Part shown: positions 40,374 to 53,289 of the stretch, piece after piece
Numbering within the stretch: position 1 is the stretch's first letter
Layout of the letters: each line of letters starts with the position of its first letter
Assembly: GCA_038324085.1 (NCBI GenBank)
Contig: JBBQHP010000009.1
Location: 31,376 to 95,375 of the forward strand
Reading direction: 5' to 3'
Length of the DNA: 64,000 nucleotides
From: Burkholderiales bacterium
GTDB taxonomy: Bacteria > Pseudomonadota > Gammaproteobacteria > Burkholderiales > Ga0077523
Translations under genes and position numbers: made by a program
The notes under the pieces: model-generated
Told to the model about the DNA's origin: nothing
The model's database searches: none
What the model saw: only the letters and a program-made list of their open reading frames with translations

Positions 40374-41111
40374 TCAGTTCCTGCGCTGGCGGCGCGCTTC
40401 GTAAAGACAGATTCCGGCGGCGACCGACACGTTCAGGCTCTCGACAGCCCCGAACATCGGAATGCGGACGAGGGTGTCGCAGCGCTCCCGGGTCAGGCGC
40501 CGCAATCCGTCGCCTTCGGCGCCGAGAACCAGCGCTGCGGGCCCATTCAGGTCCACGGCGGGCAGGTCGGCACCCGCCTCCCCGGCCAGCCCGACCACGA
40601 ACACCCCCCGGTCCTGCAGTGTCTCCAGGCTGCGCGCCAGATTCGTGACCATGAGATAGGGGACGGTCTCGACCGCGCCGCTCGCGACCTTCTCCACCAC
40701 CGGGGTGATGCCGACTGCGCGATCCTTCGGGGCGATCACCGCGTCCACGCCCATCGCATCGGCACTGCGCAGGCACGCGCCCAGATTGTGCGGATCCTGC
40801 ACGCCGTCCAGGGCGAGGATCAACGCGGGTTGGTCGAGCGCATCGAGGATATCCTCCAGGTCGAGCGCGCGCTCCTCTGCATCGACCAGGCACGCTACGC
40901 CCTGGTGACGCGCACCGGGTAGCATCTGATCGAGTCGATGGCCGGCGGAATGCACCACTTTTACCCCAGCGGCCTTCGCGTCGGCGAGCACATTGCGAAC
41001 GCGCGGATCGTCGCGCGCGGGATCCAAATGGACCTCCCGAACCGACTCGGGGCGTTGCTTCAGCCGCGCCGCGACGGCATGGAAGCCGTAGATGAGCCGA
41101 CCCTTGGCCAC
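40374..41111 (-). CDS. rlmB: 23S rRNA Gm2251 methyltransferase RlmB
   Basis: IYGFHAV, HQGV, LDGVQDPHNLGACLRSA, GAEGDG, ESLNVSVA. Confidence 0.96.
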   Translation of the reverse strand: MAKGRLIYGFHAVAARLKQRPESVREVHLDPARDDPRVRNVLADAKAAGVKVVHSAGHRLDQMLPGARHQGVACLVDAEERALDLEDILDALDQPALILALDGVQDPHNLGACLRSADAMGVDAVIAPKDRAVGITPVVEKVASGAVETVPYLMVTNLARSLETLQDRGVFVVGLAGEAGADLPAVDLNGPAALVLGAEGDGLRRLTRERCDTLVRIPMFGAVESLNVSVAAGICLYEARRQRRN

Positions 41112-41114
41112 AGC

Positions 41115-43319
41115 CTAGGCCGATCGGGCCGGAACGAAATCGAGCCGCGCCGTCTCCAGGTCAACGCGCACGAGCTTCACCTTGAACCGGTCGCCGAGCC
41201 GGAAGCGCTTGCCCGTGCGCTCGCCCAGAAGGAGATGCCGCGCTTGATCGAACTGGAAATAATCGCTACCCAGCTCGGAAATGTGGACCATTCCCTCCAC
41301 ATAGACCGTGTCGAGCGCCACGAATACGCCGAATCCGGTCACGCCGCTGATGGTGCCGTCGAATTCCTCGCCTACGCGATCCTGCATGTAGTAGCACTTG
41401 AGCCAGGCCTCGACTTCGCGCGTCGCGTCATCGGCCCGACGCTCGGTCATCGAGCAATGCTTGCCGAGCTCCTTGAGATCTCCGGCGCGCATCGAACCGC
41501 CATCCAGCACCGACCGGATGGCGCGGTGGATCACCAGGTCCGGATAGCGTCGAATCGGCGAAGTGAAGTGCGTATAAGATTCGTAGGCGAGGCCGAAGTG
41601 ACCCAGCGGCTCGGGACTGTACTGCGCCTGCTGCAGGGAGCGCAGCATCACCGTCTGGAGCAGTTCCGCGTCGGGCCGCGACTTGATCGAGGCCAGCAGC
41701 TTCGCGTAGTCCTTGGCGTGCGGTTCATCACCGCCGCCGAGCGACAGGCCGAATTCCGCGAGGAACGCGTGAAGGCGCTCGAGTTTCTCCGGCGTCGGCC
41801 CTTCGTGGACCCGATAGAGCGCGGGATGTTCGTGACCCTGGAGGAAGTCCGAGGCGCACACGTTCGCCGCCAGCATGCATTCCTCGATGATGCGATGCGC
41901 GTCGTTGCGCTCCACCCTGATGATCCGCTCGATCTTGCCGCGGTCGTCGAACACCATCTGCGTCTCGATCGTCTCGAAGTCGATCGCTCCGCGCCGGGCG
42001 CGCGCCTTCACGAGGAGCTGGAACAGCTGATTCAACGCGACCAGCTGCGGGAGCACGTCCACCCGCTTCCTGCCCGCGTCGCCAGCCGGTTCCGTGAGCG
42101 CCGACCAGACTTCGTTGTAAGTGAGCCGCGCATGCGAATGCATGGCCGCGGGATAGAAGTCGTACCGTGCGATATCGCCGCGCGCGTTGATGTCCATCTC
42201 GCACACCATGCACAGTCGATCGACGCCGGGATTGAGCGAGCAGATGCCGTTGGACAATGCCTCGGGCAGCATCGGGATCACACGCCGCGGGAAATAGACC
42301 GAATTGCCACGATCGACCGCCTCGCGATCCAGCGCGCCGCCCGGTTTCACATAGTGGCTCACGTCCGCGATCGCCACGTACAGCTTGAAGCCCTTGCCCT
42401 GCGGCTCGCAGTACACCGCATCGTCGAAATCGCGAGCGGTCTCGCCGTCGATCGTAACCAGCGGGAGAGCTCGGAGGTCCTTGCGGCCACGCAGATCGGC
42501 CGCTGCCACCGGGCGCGCGACCCGTTCGGCTTCCGCGAGCGCGTCGGGTGCGAATTCGTTGGGTAGCTTGTGCTTGCGCAATGCGATCTCGATCTCCATA
42601 CCCGGATCGGTGGCATTGCCCAGGATCTCGACGATGCGACCGATCGGCGGGCTGTGGCGCGCGGGTTGCTGGACCACTTCGACAACCACGACCTGTCCCG
42701 GTTGTGCACCGGCGCGCGCGTCGGCGGGCACGAGGATGTCGTGGGCAAGGCGACGGTCCGCCGGCGCCACCAGGCCAATGCCGTGCTCGAGCAGGAAGCG
42801 ACCCACGACCGCCGTATTCGCGCGTTCGAGCACTTCGACGATCTCGCCCTCGACCCTGCCCCGGCGATCCAGTCCACCTTCCCTTGCCATGACGCGGTCG
42901 CCGTGCATCACCTTCGCCATCTGTCCCGGATTGAGGAACATGTCGGGCGCACCGTCGTCTCGGATCAGGAATCCGAACCCGTCAGCATGGCCCTGGACAA
43001 CACCTGGCACCAGCGCGAGCCGTTGGGCCACGCACAAGTCCCCTCGGCGATTGACGATGACCTGTCCGGCGCGTCCCATGGCGAGGAGACGGCGCGAAAA
43101 AGGGTCCATCTCCGAGGGCTCGACGCCGAGACGTTCGGCGAGGTCGGCCGGCGTGATCGGCACCCCGGCCTGATCCATGACCTGCAGGATGAATTCGCGC
43201 GACGGCAGGGGATTCTGGTATTTGTCCCGTTCGCGCTCGAGAAACGGGTCGGTAGCGCGCAGCGCGCGCGCCTCTTTGGTCGGGTTCGTGCCGCGGGCGG
43301 CATCGGTATTCTTTGGCAT
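41115..43319 (-). CDS. rnr: Ribonuclease R
   Basis: GHADGFGF, TIDGETARDFDDA, HFTSPIRRYPDL, C-terminal S1 domain. Confidence 0.96.
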   Translation of the reverse strand: MPKNTDAARGTNPTKEARALRATDPFLERERDKYQNPLPSREFILQVMDQAGVPITPADLAERLGVEPSEMDPFSRRLLAMGRAGQVIVNRRGDLCVAQRLALVPGVVQGHADGFGFLIRDDGAPDMFLNPGQMAKVMHGDRVMAREGGLDRRGRVEGEIVEVLERANTAVVGRFLLEHGIGLVAPADRRLAHDILVPADARAGAQPGQVVVVEVVQQPARHSPPIGRIVEILGNATDPGMEIEIALRKHKLPNEFAPDALAEAERVARPVAAADLRGRKDLRALPLVTIDGETARDFDDAVYCEPQGKGFKLYVAIADVSHYVKPGGALDREAVDRGNSVYFPRRVIPMLPEALSNGICSLNPGVDRLCMVCEMDINARGDIARYDFYPAAMHSHARLTYNEVWSALTEPAGDAGRKRVDVLPQLVALNQLFQLLVKARARRGAIDFETIETQMVFDDRGKIERIIRVERNDAHRIIEECMLAANVCASDFLQGHEHPALYRVHEGPTPEKLERLHAFLAEFGLSLGGGDEPHAKDYAKLLASIKSRPDAELLQTVMLRSLQQAQYSPEPLGHFGLAYESYTHFTSPIRRYPDLVIHRAIRSVLDGGSMRAGDLKELGKHCSMTERRADDATREVEAWLKCYYMQDRVGEEFDGTISGVTGFGVFVALDTVYVEGMVHISELGSDYFQFDQARHLLLGERTGKRFRLGDRFKVKLVRVDLETARLDFVPARSA

Positions 43320-43362
43320 CGGTATGCGCCCTCACGGCGCGCGAACAACAAGTTTCAGCGGT

Positions 43363-43391
43363 TTGACATCGGCCGCCGATGCGTCTACATT
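43363..43391 (+). promoter_or_regulatory. sigma70 promoter of tRNA-Leu
   Basis: TTGACA-N17-TACATT followed by a GC-rich discriminator. Confidence 0.8.
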
Positions 43392-43404
43392 CCGCGCCCG
43401 TCGT

Positions 43405-43491
43405 GCCGAGATGGCGGAATTGGTAGACGCACCAGGTTCAGGTCCTGGCGGGGGCAACCCTGTGGAGGTTCGAGTCCTCTTCTCGGCACCA
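43405..43491 (+). tRNA. tRNA-Leu (anticodon CAG)
   Basis: GCCGAGA/TCTCGGC acceptor stem, TGGTAGAC D-loop, CCAGG-TTCAGGT-CCTGG anticodon arm, long variable arm, GGTTCGAGTCC, encoded CCA. Confidence 0.97.
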
Positions 43492-43507
43492 AAGCATGAT
43501 CCACGAC

Positions 43508-43530
43508 GCGGCGCTCCTCGAGAGCGCCGC
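43508..43530. terminator. Hairpin between convergent tRNA-Leu and purA
   Basis: gcggcgctc-ctcga-gagcgccgc. Confidence 0.5.
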
Positions 43531-43570
43531 TGTCCGTTTGGCGGGACGCAGATCCACTCGGGCACCGGGC

Positions 43571-45016
<1,446 letters not shown>

Positions 45017-45021
45017 TCATT

Positions 45022-46194
45022 TCAGGAATCCTCGTCTCGGCCGATCGGCTCGACGCGCCAACGTCCTTCCTGCCGCGAGAGTACGCGATCGCAGCCCGGT
45101 TCCGCCTGCGCCCGCTCGTGGCCGGGCAACTCGACGATGACCATCTCCCCGGCGGCGCGCAGCCGTTCGATTTCACGAATCACTTCCGAGTCTTCCGACC
45201 ACGGTGCGAGAATCGCCCCCCGCGCGCGCAGCGGTGGCGCCAGGGCCGCCAGCTCCCTCAGATCCATGCTGAAGCCCGTGGCCGGACGAGCGCGTCCGAA
45301 AGCCTTGCCGACTTCGTCGTAGCGTCCGCCGAGCGCCACGGCGTTGGCGCTGCCGGCGGCATAGGCCGCGAATACCACGCCGCTGTGGTAGTGATAGCCG
45401 CGCAATTCGGCGAGATCGACCAGCAGCGTTCCGACGCGCGATCCGAGCCGATCCGCGATCGTCTGCAGTTGATCGAGGCAATGGGTCAGTTCCGGCCAGT
45501 CGGGCAGGCGTCGTCGCGCGGCACCGAGGACCGCGATGTCACCGTAGAGCTCCGGCAACGCGAGCAGTGCATCACGCACGGCGCAAGGCAGGTCGGCCGT
45601 GAGCCCCTGCAGTGCGGGGACATCCTTGCGCTGCAGGGTCGTGAACAGCTCGGACTCCAAGCCGGCTTGAATGCCTGCACGCGTAGCAAGTGCCCGAAAC
45701 AGACCCACGTGACCCAGGTCCAGATGCAGGTTTTCGATCCCCGCAAGGGTCAGGGCATCGAGCATCAGACGCTGGATCTCGACATCGCTCTCGACGCCGG
45801 CATGTCCGTAGATCTCGGCTCCGATCTGCAGTGGCTCGCGCGTCCGGCCGAGGTCCGCAGGCAGCGCGTGCAGGACGGTACCGCAGTAGCACAGCCGCGT
45901 CACTCCGGCACGGTTGAGCAGATGCGCGTCGATGCGGGCGACCTGCGGGGTGATGTCCGCACGCAAGCCCAGCAGCCGGCCCGAGAGTTGATCGACCAGC
46001 TTGAATGTTCTCAGATCCAGGTCGTGCCCCGTGCCCGTTAGCAGCGATTCGAGATACTCGAGCATCGGCGGCATCACCAGTTCATAGCCGTGCCCCCGGA
46101 ACAGATCGAGCAACGCACGACGCAGCAACTCCACCCGCTGTGCCTCAGCGGGCAGCAGATCCTCCACGTGTTCGGGCAGCAACCAGTTGTGCAT
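45022..46194 (-). CDS. hisZ: ATP phosphoribosyltransferase regulatory subunit
   Basis: [41 protein letters not shown]. Confidence 0.95.
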   Translation of the reverse strand: MHNWLLPEHVEDLLPAEAQRVELLRRALLDLFRGHGYELVMPPMLEYLESLLTGTGHDLDLRTFKLVDQLSGRLLGLRADITPQVARIDAHLLNRAGVTRLCYCGTVLHALPADLGRTREPLQIGAEIYGHAGVESDVEIQRLMLDALTLAGIENLHLDLGHVGLFRALATRAGIQAGLESELFTTLQRKDVPALQGLTADLPCAVRDALLALPELYGDIAVLGAARRRLPDWPELTHCLDQLQTIADRLGSRVGTLLVDLAELRGYHYHSGVVFAAYAAGSANAVALGGRYDEVGKAFGRARPATGFSMDLRELAALAPPLRARGAILAPWSEDSEVIREIERLRAAGEMVIVELPGHERAQAEPGCDRVLSRQEGRWRVEPIGRDEDS

Positions 46195-46230
46195 TGGAGT
46201 CATCATTCTGTGGGCCGGGCAACGCCTCGG

Positions 46231-46422
46231 TCAGCTGCTGCGCACGAGAGCCAGCAGCAGCAAACCGGCAAGCATCGCAGTCAGTCCGACAAAACGCAGC
46301 TGGCCATCGGACAGTTCGGTCAGCTTGCGGAAGGTGTCACGCCAGGTGGCAGGCAGCAGGAACGGCAATAGCCCTTCCAGGACCAGCATCAAGGCCAGCG
46401 CCGTCAACAGTATGTCGTTCAC
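46231..46422 (-). CDS. DUF2065 (YjeT-like) small membrane protein
   Basis: ALALMLVLEGLLPFLLP..WR, QLRFVGL; position after hflC. Confidence 0.88.
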   Translation of the reverse strand: MNDILLTALALMLVLEGLLPFLLPATWRDTFRKLTELSDGQLRFVGLTAMLAGLLLLALVRSS

Positions 46423-46457
46423 GGCCTCTCCCGCGGCGCGCGCACGAGCCGACAAGC

Positions 46458-47330
46458 TCAGCGCTTGCCGGTCCCCTTCATGTATTTGAAGAACTCCGAG
46501 TTCGGCTCGAGCACCAGCACGTCGCTCTTGCTTCTGAAGGATTGACGATAGGCTTCGAGACTGCGATAGAAGCTGTAGAACTCGGGGTTGTCCTGGAACG
46601 CGCGAGCGTAGATCGCGGAAGCCTTGGCGTCGCCTTCGCCTTTGACACGCTGGGCATCCCGGTAGGCCTCGGCGATGATGACTTCGCGGCGCTTGTCCGC
46701 CTCGGCCCGGATTTTCTCCGAGTCGGCGAAGCCGGTGGATCGCAGCTCCTTGGCGACCCTCTGCCGCTCGGCCTCCATTCGGCGATAGACCGATTCGCTC
46801 ACCTCCTGTGGCAGATCGACGCGTTTCAGGCGCACGTCCAGAACCTGCACGCCGATCTCGCGGGCGGCCGCATCGGCGCGCTCGCGCATGACATCCATCA
46901 CCTGGTCGCGCTCGCCGGCGACCACGTCGTGGATGGTGCGCTGGCCGAACTCGTCGCGCAGACTGTCGTTGACCTTCTGCGAGAGGCGACGCTTGGCGGC
47001 GTCCTCATCGTCCCGCACGGAAATGTAATACTGCTTCACGTCGACGATCTTCCATTTCACGAAGGCATCCACCAGGACGTTCTTCTTCTCCTTCGTGATG
47101 AACAGATCGGGTTCCTCGGAATCGATCGTGAGGATTCGTATGTCGAAGTACTTGACCCGATCGACCAGCGGGACCTTCAGGTAGAGGCCCGGCTCTTTCT
47201 TGACAGCGACGATCTCACCCAGCCGGAACACGATCGCATTCTGGCGCTGATCCACCGTGAACAACGACAGACTCGCCAGCACGATGACCATGATGATCAC
47301 CACCAGGATCGCCCCGAGATTCCTGCTCAT
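46458..47330 (-). CDS. hflC: FtsH modulator HflC
   Basis: SPFH domain, DVRLKRVDLP, RMEAER, FYSFYRSLEAY. Confidence 0.96.
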   Translation of the reverse strand: MSRNLGAILVVIIMVIVLASLSLFTVDQRQNAIVFRLGEIVAVKKEPGLYLKVPLVDRVKYFDIRILTIDSEEPDLFITKEKKNVLVDAFVKWKIVDVKQYYISVRDDEDAAKRRLSQKVNDSLRDEFGQRTIHDVVAGERDQVMDVMRERADAAAREIGVQVLDVRLKRVDLPQEVSESVYRRMEAERQRVAKELRSTGFADSEKIRAEADKRREVIIAEAYRDAQRVKGEGDAKASAIYARAFQDNPEFYSFYRSLEAYRQSFRSKSDVLVLEPNSEFFKYMKGTGKR

Positions 47331-48544
47331 GGCCGGGCCTCCCTTTCGCGGCTTCTGAAGGCGTCGCGGGAACGCGCCACCGTGGGCTCGGACGAGGGCT
47401 GCGGTGATCCCGGTTGCTCGCCCGAGGTCTGCGGCTTGGCGGCGCCCTGCTCGATGACGCCCGCAATCCCCCCGGCACCGGTGGCCTGGATGATCTTGTC
47501 GAGCGGCAGGTACAGCAAGTTGCTGCCCGCCTTCTGGTCGATGAACACCTTGCTGGTATTGCTGAGCACCTGCTGCATCATGTCGAGATAGAGGCGATCA
47601 CGCGTAACGCCCGGCGCCTTGGAATATTCGGTGAGGATCTGCTTGAAGCGGGAGGCCTCGCCCTCGGAGGTGGCAATCACGCGCTGCCTGTAGCCATCGG
47701 CTTCTTCGCGCAGGCGCGCGGCGGTACCTTCGGCCTTGGGCACGACGTCGTTGAAATAGGCCTCGCCTTCGTTTTTCTGGCGCTCGCGGTCCTGGCCTGC
47801 CTTGACCGCGTCGGCAAATGCAGCCTGCACCTGCTCCGGCGGCTGCGCATTTTGCATGGTCACCTGATTGATGCTGATGCCCGTCTGGTAGCGATCGAGC
47901 ACTTCCTGCATGAGCTTGCGTGCGTTCGCGGTGATCTCGGCGCGACCCTCGTAGAGCACGCGGTCCATCTTGCTCTTGCCGACGATCTCCCGGATTGCCG
48001 ATTCCGCCACCTGCCGCACCGAGTCTTCCGGGTTGCGGGTCTTCAGCAGATAGGCCTCCGCATCCTTCAGCACGTACTGGACCGCGAACTGCACGTCGAC
48101 GATGTTCTCATCGTCGGTCAGCATGAGCGATTCCTTCGGCAACTTGCTGCGTACGTCGTTGCGATAGCCCACCTCGACAGTACGCACGCCGGAGACGTTC
48201 ACGACCTCGGCCGATTCAATCGGATACGGAAAATGCCAGCGCGGACCCGGATCGGTCATCTCGACCACCTTGCCGAAGCGGAACACGACACCCTTCGAAG
48301 CAGCGTCCACGATGTAGAAGCCACTGGCAATCCAGACGGCGATCACGAGGCCCACCAGCAACAGCGGGCCATTGCTGAACTGGCGCGTGCCACCACCACC
48401 ACTGCCACTGCCGTTGTTGCCGGGATCACGCCCTTTGCCACCGAACATGCCGGACAGCTTCTGGTTGAAACGCGCCCAGATCTCGTCGAGATCCGGCGGT
48501 CCTTCGCCACGGCGCTTCCCCCACTGGGGATCGTTCAATGCCAT
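47327..48544 (-). CDS. hflK: FtsH modulator HflK
   Basis: GPPDLDE, MLTDDENIV, PPEQVQAAF, LLYLPLDK. Confidence 0.96.
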   Translation of the reverse strand: MALNDPQWGKRRGEGPPDLDEIWARFNQKLSGMFGGKGRDPGNNGSGSGGGGTRQFSNGPLLLVGLVIAVWIASGFYIVDAASKGVVFRFGKVVEMTDPGPRWHFPYPIESAEVVNVSGVRTVEVGYRNDVRSKLPKESLMLTDDENIVDVQFAVQYVLKDAEAYLLKTRNPEDSVRQVAESAIREIVGKSKMDRVLYEGRAEITANARKLMQEVLDRYQTGISINQVTMQNAQPPEQVQAAFADAVKAGQDRERQKNEGEAYFNDVVPKAEGTAARLREEADGYRQRVIATSEGEASRFKQILTEYSKAPGVTRDRLYLDMMQQVLSNTSKVFIDQKAGSNLLYLPLDKIIQATGAGGIAGVIEQGAAKPQTSGEQPGSPQPSSEPTVARSRDAFRSREREARP

Positions 48545-48618
48545 TGTTTCGGGTTCCTGTACTGGAGTACGGTCTGCAGAAGTCGCCCGGGAGCTCGCAT
48601 CGCCGGGCTCGTGAGCGG

Positions 48619-49743
48619 CTACGCGGCTTCGAGGCGGCCTTCGAACAAAGGGGTGTCGGCAGGGCCTGCCAGTCGGTCGAGCACGACTCGCAAGTGCTCG
48701 AGTCCAGCGCCCGTCAATGCACTCACGCGAAGGCGCGAGATGCTACCACAGTCATCCACTTCAACTCCCGGAACCTGCCCCGAACGATCGATCTTGTTGA
48801 GCACCAGCACCTGCGGCACCGAGTCCGCTCCGATCTCGGCAAGCACGCCGTTCACCTCACGGATTTGCGCGTCCCGGTCCGGACTCGAAGCGTCTACCAC
48901 GTGCAGCAGCAGATCGGCGCGGGCCGTCTCCTCCAGCGTCGCGCGGAACGCCTCGACCAGGGCGTGCGGGAGGTGACGGATGAATCCGACCGTATCCGAC
49001 AACACAATGTTCCCATGGTCGGTGTGAACGCGACGCGAGGTCGTGTCGAGGGTCGCGAACAGTTGATCGGCGGCGTAGGCGCCCGAGTGCGTGAGCGCAT
49101 TGAAGAGCGTGGACTTGCCGGCGTTCGTATACCCCACCAGCGAGACAGTCCGTACGCTGTTCCGGTCGCGCGCACGGCGCTGGGTCTGGCGCTGACGCCC
49201 GAGTCGCACCAGGCGGTCTTTGAGAAACTTGACCCGTTTCGCGAGCAGCCGTCGGTCGGTCTCCAGCTGCGTTTCACCCGGTCCCCGCAGCCCGATGCCA
49301 CCTTTCTGACGCTCCAGGTGGGACCATCCACGAACCAGCCTCGTGGCGAGGTGCTCGAGTTGCGCCAGTTCGACCTGCAACTTGCCTTCGTTGCTCTTGG
49401 CGCGCTGCGCGAAGATATCGAGGATGAGCGCAGTGCGATCCACGACGCGGCAGTTGAACGCACCCTCGAGATTGCGCTCCTGCGCGGGCGACAGCTCGTG
49501 ATTGAAGATCACGAGCTTCGCCTCGGTGGCGAGCACCGTTTCCGCGATCTCCCGCACCTTGCCGCTGCCGGCGAAGGTCGACGCGTCCGGTCGCTGGCTG
49601 CGACCCAGGATCTCGGCCACGGATCGCACTCCCGCGCTGCGCGCGAGCTCGCCCAATTCTGCCGTCGCCTCGGTCGCCTCCGGCTCACCGTTCATCAGGC
49701 TCACCAAGACCGCTCGATCGCCACCACCGTGTCGTTCGAACAT
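48619..49743 (-). CDS. hflX: GTPase HflX
   Basis: GKLQVELAQL, GPGETQLETDRR, GYTNAGKS, LFATLD, DTVGFI. Confidence 0.97.
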   Translation of the reverse strand: MFERHGGGDRAVLVSLMNGEPEATEATAELGELARSAGVRSVAEILGRSQRPDASTFAGSGKVREIAETVLATEAKLVIFNHELSPAQERNLEGAFNCRVVDRTALILDIFAQRAKSNEGKLQVELAQLEHLATRLVRGWSHLERQKGGIGLRGPGETQLETDRRLLAKRVKFLKDRLVRLGRQRQTQRRARDRNSVRTVSLVGYTNAGKSTLFNALTHSGAYAADQLFATLDTTSRRVHTDHGNIVLSDTVGFIRHLPHALVEAFRATLEETARADLLLHVVDASSPDRDAQIREVNGVLAEIGADSVPQVLVLNKIDRSGQVPGVEVDDCGSISRLRVSALTGAGLEHLRVVLDRLAGPADTPLFEGRLEAA

Positions 49744-49816
49744 GAATCAGCGCGGGCCTCGGGAAGGCAGCCAGCGCCCGATCGGACCCGCGTAAGCAGC
49801 TCCGCAGGTGGCAAAG

Positions 49817-50056
49817 TCAGTTCTCAGGAGTGTGTTCGGTAGAGAAGTTGACCGGGCGCGCGGGCACCACGGTGGAAATCGCATGCTTGTACACCATCTG
49901 CGTGACGGTGTTCTTGAGCAATACGACGTACTGGTCGAACGACTCGATCTGTCCCTGGAGCTTGATGCCATTGACAAGATAGATGGAGACGGGAACATGT
50001 TCCTTGCGCAGTGTGTTCAGGAACGGGTCTTGTAGCAATTGGCCCTTGCCGCTCAT
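49817..50056 (-). CDS. hfq: RNA chaperone Hfq
   Basis: [30 protein letters not shown]. Confidence 0.98.
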   Translation of the reverse strand: MSGKGQLLQDPFLNTLRKEHVPVSIYLVNGIKLQGQIESFDQYVVLLKNTVTQMVYKHAISTVVPARPVNFSTEHTPEN

Positions 50057-50172
50057 CGCCGATCTCCTTTTTGGTTTTGTGCAGAGTTAATGTACTGGAA
50101 TTCCGATGGGGATACCATAGCTCGGGGCGGCATGCAACCGGAGTGGCCGAAAGGGCGTGCGCTTCCGAAAAC

Positions 50173-51498
50173 TCAGTGTTCGCGTTCCGCAAACGGATTG
50201 CGATTCCGCTTGAACTGTACCCGGAGCGGCGTTCCTTCGAGCGCGAAGGCTTCGACGAAACAGCGCTCGAGATAGCGCCGATAGCTGTCCGGGATGTGCT
50301 CCAGGGCATTCCCGTGGATGACGATAAGCGGCGGGTTCGATCCGCCCTGGTGCGCATAACGGAGCTTGGGCCGCACCATGCCGGCGCGCGGAGGCTGCTG
50401 GCGCCCCACGGCCTCGATCAACGAACGTGTCAGTCGCGGGGTGGACAGCTTGGCCATGGCTGCTGCATAGGCCGCATCGAGGGACTTGAGCACTGCCGGC
50501 AGGCCCGCACCGCTCACCGCAGAAATGTAGTGGACGCGCGCAAAACCGAGAAAGTTGAGTTTTCGCCCGTAATCGCGCTTTATGCGATCCCTGGCTTCCT
50601 CGTTCAACCCGTCCCACTTGTTTACGGCAACCACCAGCGCGCGACCCGCTTCCAGGATGAAGCCGGCAATGTGCGCATCCTGATCGGTGATGTCCTGCTG
50701 CGCGTCGAGCACCAGCACCACCACGTTCGCGTCCGCCACCGCCTGCAGCGTCTTGATGACCGAGAATTTCTCCACGGCCGCCTCGACTTTCCCCCGACGC
50801 CTCATCCCGGCCGTGTCGATGATGGTATAGGGTCGACCGTCGCGCTCGAAATCGACGTAGATGCTGTCGCGCGTCGTGCCGGGCTCGTTGAAGGCAATCA
50901 TGCGCTCCTCGCCGAGGACCGCATTGACCAGCGTGGATTTGCCCACGTTCGGTCGGCCGACGACAGCGATCTTGGGATGCTTGGAATCGCCTTCGTCCTC
51001 GCCATAGGGGATGTCCGCGAGCACAAGTTCCACCAGCTCGTTGACGCCCTCCCCGTGCGCCGCCGAGATGGAGAGCGGTTCGCCGAGGCCGAGTTCATGG
51101 AACTCCGCGGCGGCAATCTCGGGTCGATAACCTTCCGACTTGTTGACCGCCAGCCACAGCCTGCGACCGCTGCGTCGCAAGCGTTCCGCGACGGTGCGGT
51201 CCTGCGGCGATAGTCCCTGGCGCGCATCCACCATCATGATGACTGCGTCCGCCTCGTCGACCGCCTGCATCGTCTGGCGCGCCATCTCGAACAGGATGCC
51301 GTCTTTCGCCACCGGCTCGAGTCCTCCCGTGTCGACCACAATGTAGGGCTTGCCCCCGAGCTTTCCCTGCCCGTAATGCCGATCACGCGTCAGGCCCGGA
51401 AGGTCATGGACGATTGCGTCGCGTGAGCGCGTAAGTCGGTTGAACAGCGTCGACTTGCCGACGTTGGGTCGACCCACCAGCACGATCGTCGGCTTCAT
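50173..51498 (-). CDS. der: Ribosome biogenesis GTPase Der/EngA
   Basis: Two GRPNVGKS domains, DTGG, DTAG, C-terminal KH-like domain. Confidence 0.98.
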   Translation of the reverse strand: MKPTIVLVGRPNVGKSTLFNRLTRSRDAIVHDLPGLTRDRHYGQGKLGGKPYIVVDTGGLEPVAKDGILFEMARQTMQAVDEADAVIMMVDARQGLSPQDRTVAERLRRSGRRLWLAVNKSEGYRPEIAAAEFHELGLGEPLSISAAHGEGVNELVELVLADIPYGEDEGDSKHPKIAVVGRPNVGKSTLVNAVLGEERMIAFNEPGTTRDSIYVDFERDGRPYTIIDTAGMRRRGKVEAAVEKFSVIKTLQAVADANVVVLVLDAQQDITDQDAHIAGFILEAGRALVVAVNKWDGLNEEARDRIKRDYGRKLNFLGFARVHYISAVSGAGLPAVLKSLDAAYAAAMAKLSTPRLTRSLIEAVGRQQPPRAGMVRPKLRYAHQGGSNPPLIVIHGNALEHIPDSYRRYLERCFVEAFALEGTPLRVQFKRNRNPFAEREH

Positions 51499-51509
51499 GC
51501 GGGCAAGGC

Positions 51510-52652
51510 TCAGCGCACGGAGATCGCGTAGAGGCTGCCTTCTCGCGTCTGCACGAGCAACTGGTCATCCCCGACGGATACCGGCGCGGCCGTGATCGGA
51601 CCGCCGTCTGTGGACAGGCGCCCGACTAGCGCACCGTCCTCGCGATCGAAGAAATGCACGTAGCCCTCGAAATCGCCGACCACGACGAACTTGCCGACGA
51701 CAGCCGGAGTGCCCAGCCGCCGATAGGCGAGCACGTCCTGTTTCCAGATGCTGGCACCGCTGTGACGGTCGATCGCCTGCAGATGGCTCGCTTCGTCGAC
51801 GAAGTAGAAATAGCGTTCGTCGGCAGCGAGTCCGCCAGTCCCCGACGCATTGCGCGCCCACGACAGGGCACCGCGCTGAGTCTCGAAGCAGGCTATGCGC
51901 CCCTGGAACGCGATCGCACATGCCTCCCCGTTCTCGACGATCGGCGCCGTGACGATATCCGTGACCCGTTCGAGCTCGGTCTCGCCACGGGGTTGGGATA
52001 CCGCCGCCTCCCACAATAGCGAACCGGTGGCCAGGCTCAGGGCGATCAGTTTGCCGCCGGGCAATCCGGCGTAGACGACCCCCTTGTCGATGGTGACGCC
52101 GGCAGTGGTCCGGATCAGCAGCGGCGGCAGGGTGGCAATGTATTCCCAGCGCTTGGTGCCGTCAGCCGCATCCAGCCCATGGATGCGGCCATCACCACTG
52201 CGCACCACCACGATCCCCTCGCTCTGGCTCGGTGCGCTCAGCACTTCGCTCGATACCTGGGCTTGCCACTTCGGCTTACCCGCGCCGTCGAACGCCATCA
52301 CGACACCTTTGGTGGTGCCCACGACCGCCGTATCGGTGAACACATCCACCCCGCCCGCGAACTTGGCCTTCTCATCGATCTTCCAGCGCGCACGGCCGTT
52401 GCGCAGATCTAGACGAGTCAGGCGCCCGTCATTGCCCGCCGCGAACACGTCGCCTTCCCAGACGCCGGGCGAAAATTCGTAGATGCCGGAGTCCCCGGCC
52501 GATGCCCGCCACGCCACCTTGGCTTTGGCCTTCACCGGAAAATCCTTCAACTCGGCAGGTTTCGGGCCACTGCTGCTCGAACAACCAGCGGCCAGCACGA
52601 TCGCCGCGCAGGTGCCCAGCGCAGCCATGAACCGGAAGTGGCGCGAGTTCAC
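51510..52652 (-). CDS. bamB: Outer membrane assembly lipoprotein BamB
   Basis: Lipobox LAAGC, PQQ-like propeller repeats, [16 protein letters not shown]. Confidence 0.93.
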   Translation of the reverse strand: MNSRHFRFMAALGTCAAIVLAAGCSSSSGPKPAELKDFPVKAKAKVAWRASAGDSGIYEFSPGVWEGDVFAAGNDGRLTRLDLRNGRARWKIDEKAKFAGGVDVFTDTAVVGTTKGVVMAFDGAGKPKWQAQVSSEVLSAPSQSEGIVVVRSGDGRIHGLDAADGTKRWEYIATLPPLLIRTTAGVTIDKGVVYAGLPGGKLIALSLATGSLLWEAAVSQPRGETELERVTDIVTAPIVENGEACAIAFQGRIACFETQRGALSWARNASGTGGLAADERYFYFVDEASHLQAIDRHSGASIWKQDVLAYRRLGTPAVVGKFVVVGDFEGYVHFFDREDGALVGRLSTDGGPITAAPVSVGDDQLLVQTREGSLYAISVR

Positions 52653-53287
52653 TTGGCGGTACCGAGCGCGTCGCGTTTCAGCTCGACCACGTTGCGATAC
52701 GCGGCCGACTTGGGCAGCTTGTCGAGGGCCGCCTGATAGGCGAGCCGGGCCTCGGGGATCTTGCCTTCAGCGGTGTACACATCGCCACGCCCATCGGCGA
52801 ACAACGCGGAAAAAGGCTCGGGATGCCCGGCGCTCAGCGCCTTGAGCGCATCGTCGTAGCGTTTGCCGTCCAGCAGCACTGCGGACAACCGCAGATTGGC
52901 GAGCGCCTTCGTGGGTTCGTCGCGCGCATTGTCGACAGCCCAACGAAGCTGCTCCTCGGCTGCCTTGGCATCGCCTGCGTCCATGCTGACTTTCGCCGCC
53001 AGCAGCGCGGCGCGCGCTCCGTATGCCGTTCGCGCATAGTCGTCCATCAGCTTCTTTGCGAGATCGGCAGTGCGCTTCGAATCGGACATGCGCGCCGCCT
53101 CCTCCAGCTCGCCGAAGATCGCGGAGGCGCGGGTGGCGGTCTGGGTCTTGTAGTACAGCCAGCCCTGGACCCCACCGACGCCCACCACGAAAGCGAGGAC
53201 AGCTGCGATTACCAACCGCCCGTACTGACTCCACCATGACTTCAACTGATCGATCTGTTCCTGTTCTTCGAGGTCGTATACGGCCAT
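52649..53287 (-). CDS. yfgM: YfgM-like TPR membrane protein
   Basis: YDLEEQEQIDQLKSWW, one TM, TPR-like helices; hisS-bamB context. Confidence 0.9.
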   Translation of the reverse strand: MAVYDLEEQEQIDQLKSWWSQYGRLVIAAVLAFVVGVGGVQGWLYYKTQTATRASAIFGELEEAARMSDSKRTADLAKKLMDDYARTAYGARAALLAAKVSMDAGDAKAAEEQLRWAVDNARDEPTKALANLRLSAVLLDGKRYDDALKALSAGHPEPFSALFADGRGDVYTAEGKIPEARLAYQAALDKLPKSAAYRNVVELKRDALGTAK

Positions 53288-53289
53288 TT

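Noticed and set aside
43405-43570. tRNA-Leu as an integration site for an island or prophage
   Set aside because: No integrase and no duplicated tRNA 3' end were seen; it is flanked directly by rnr and purA.
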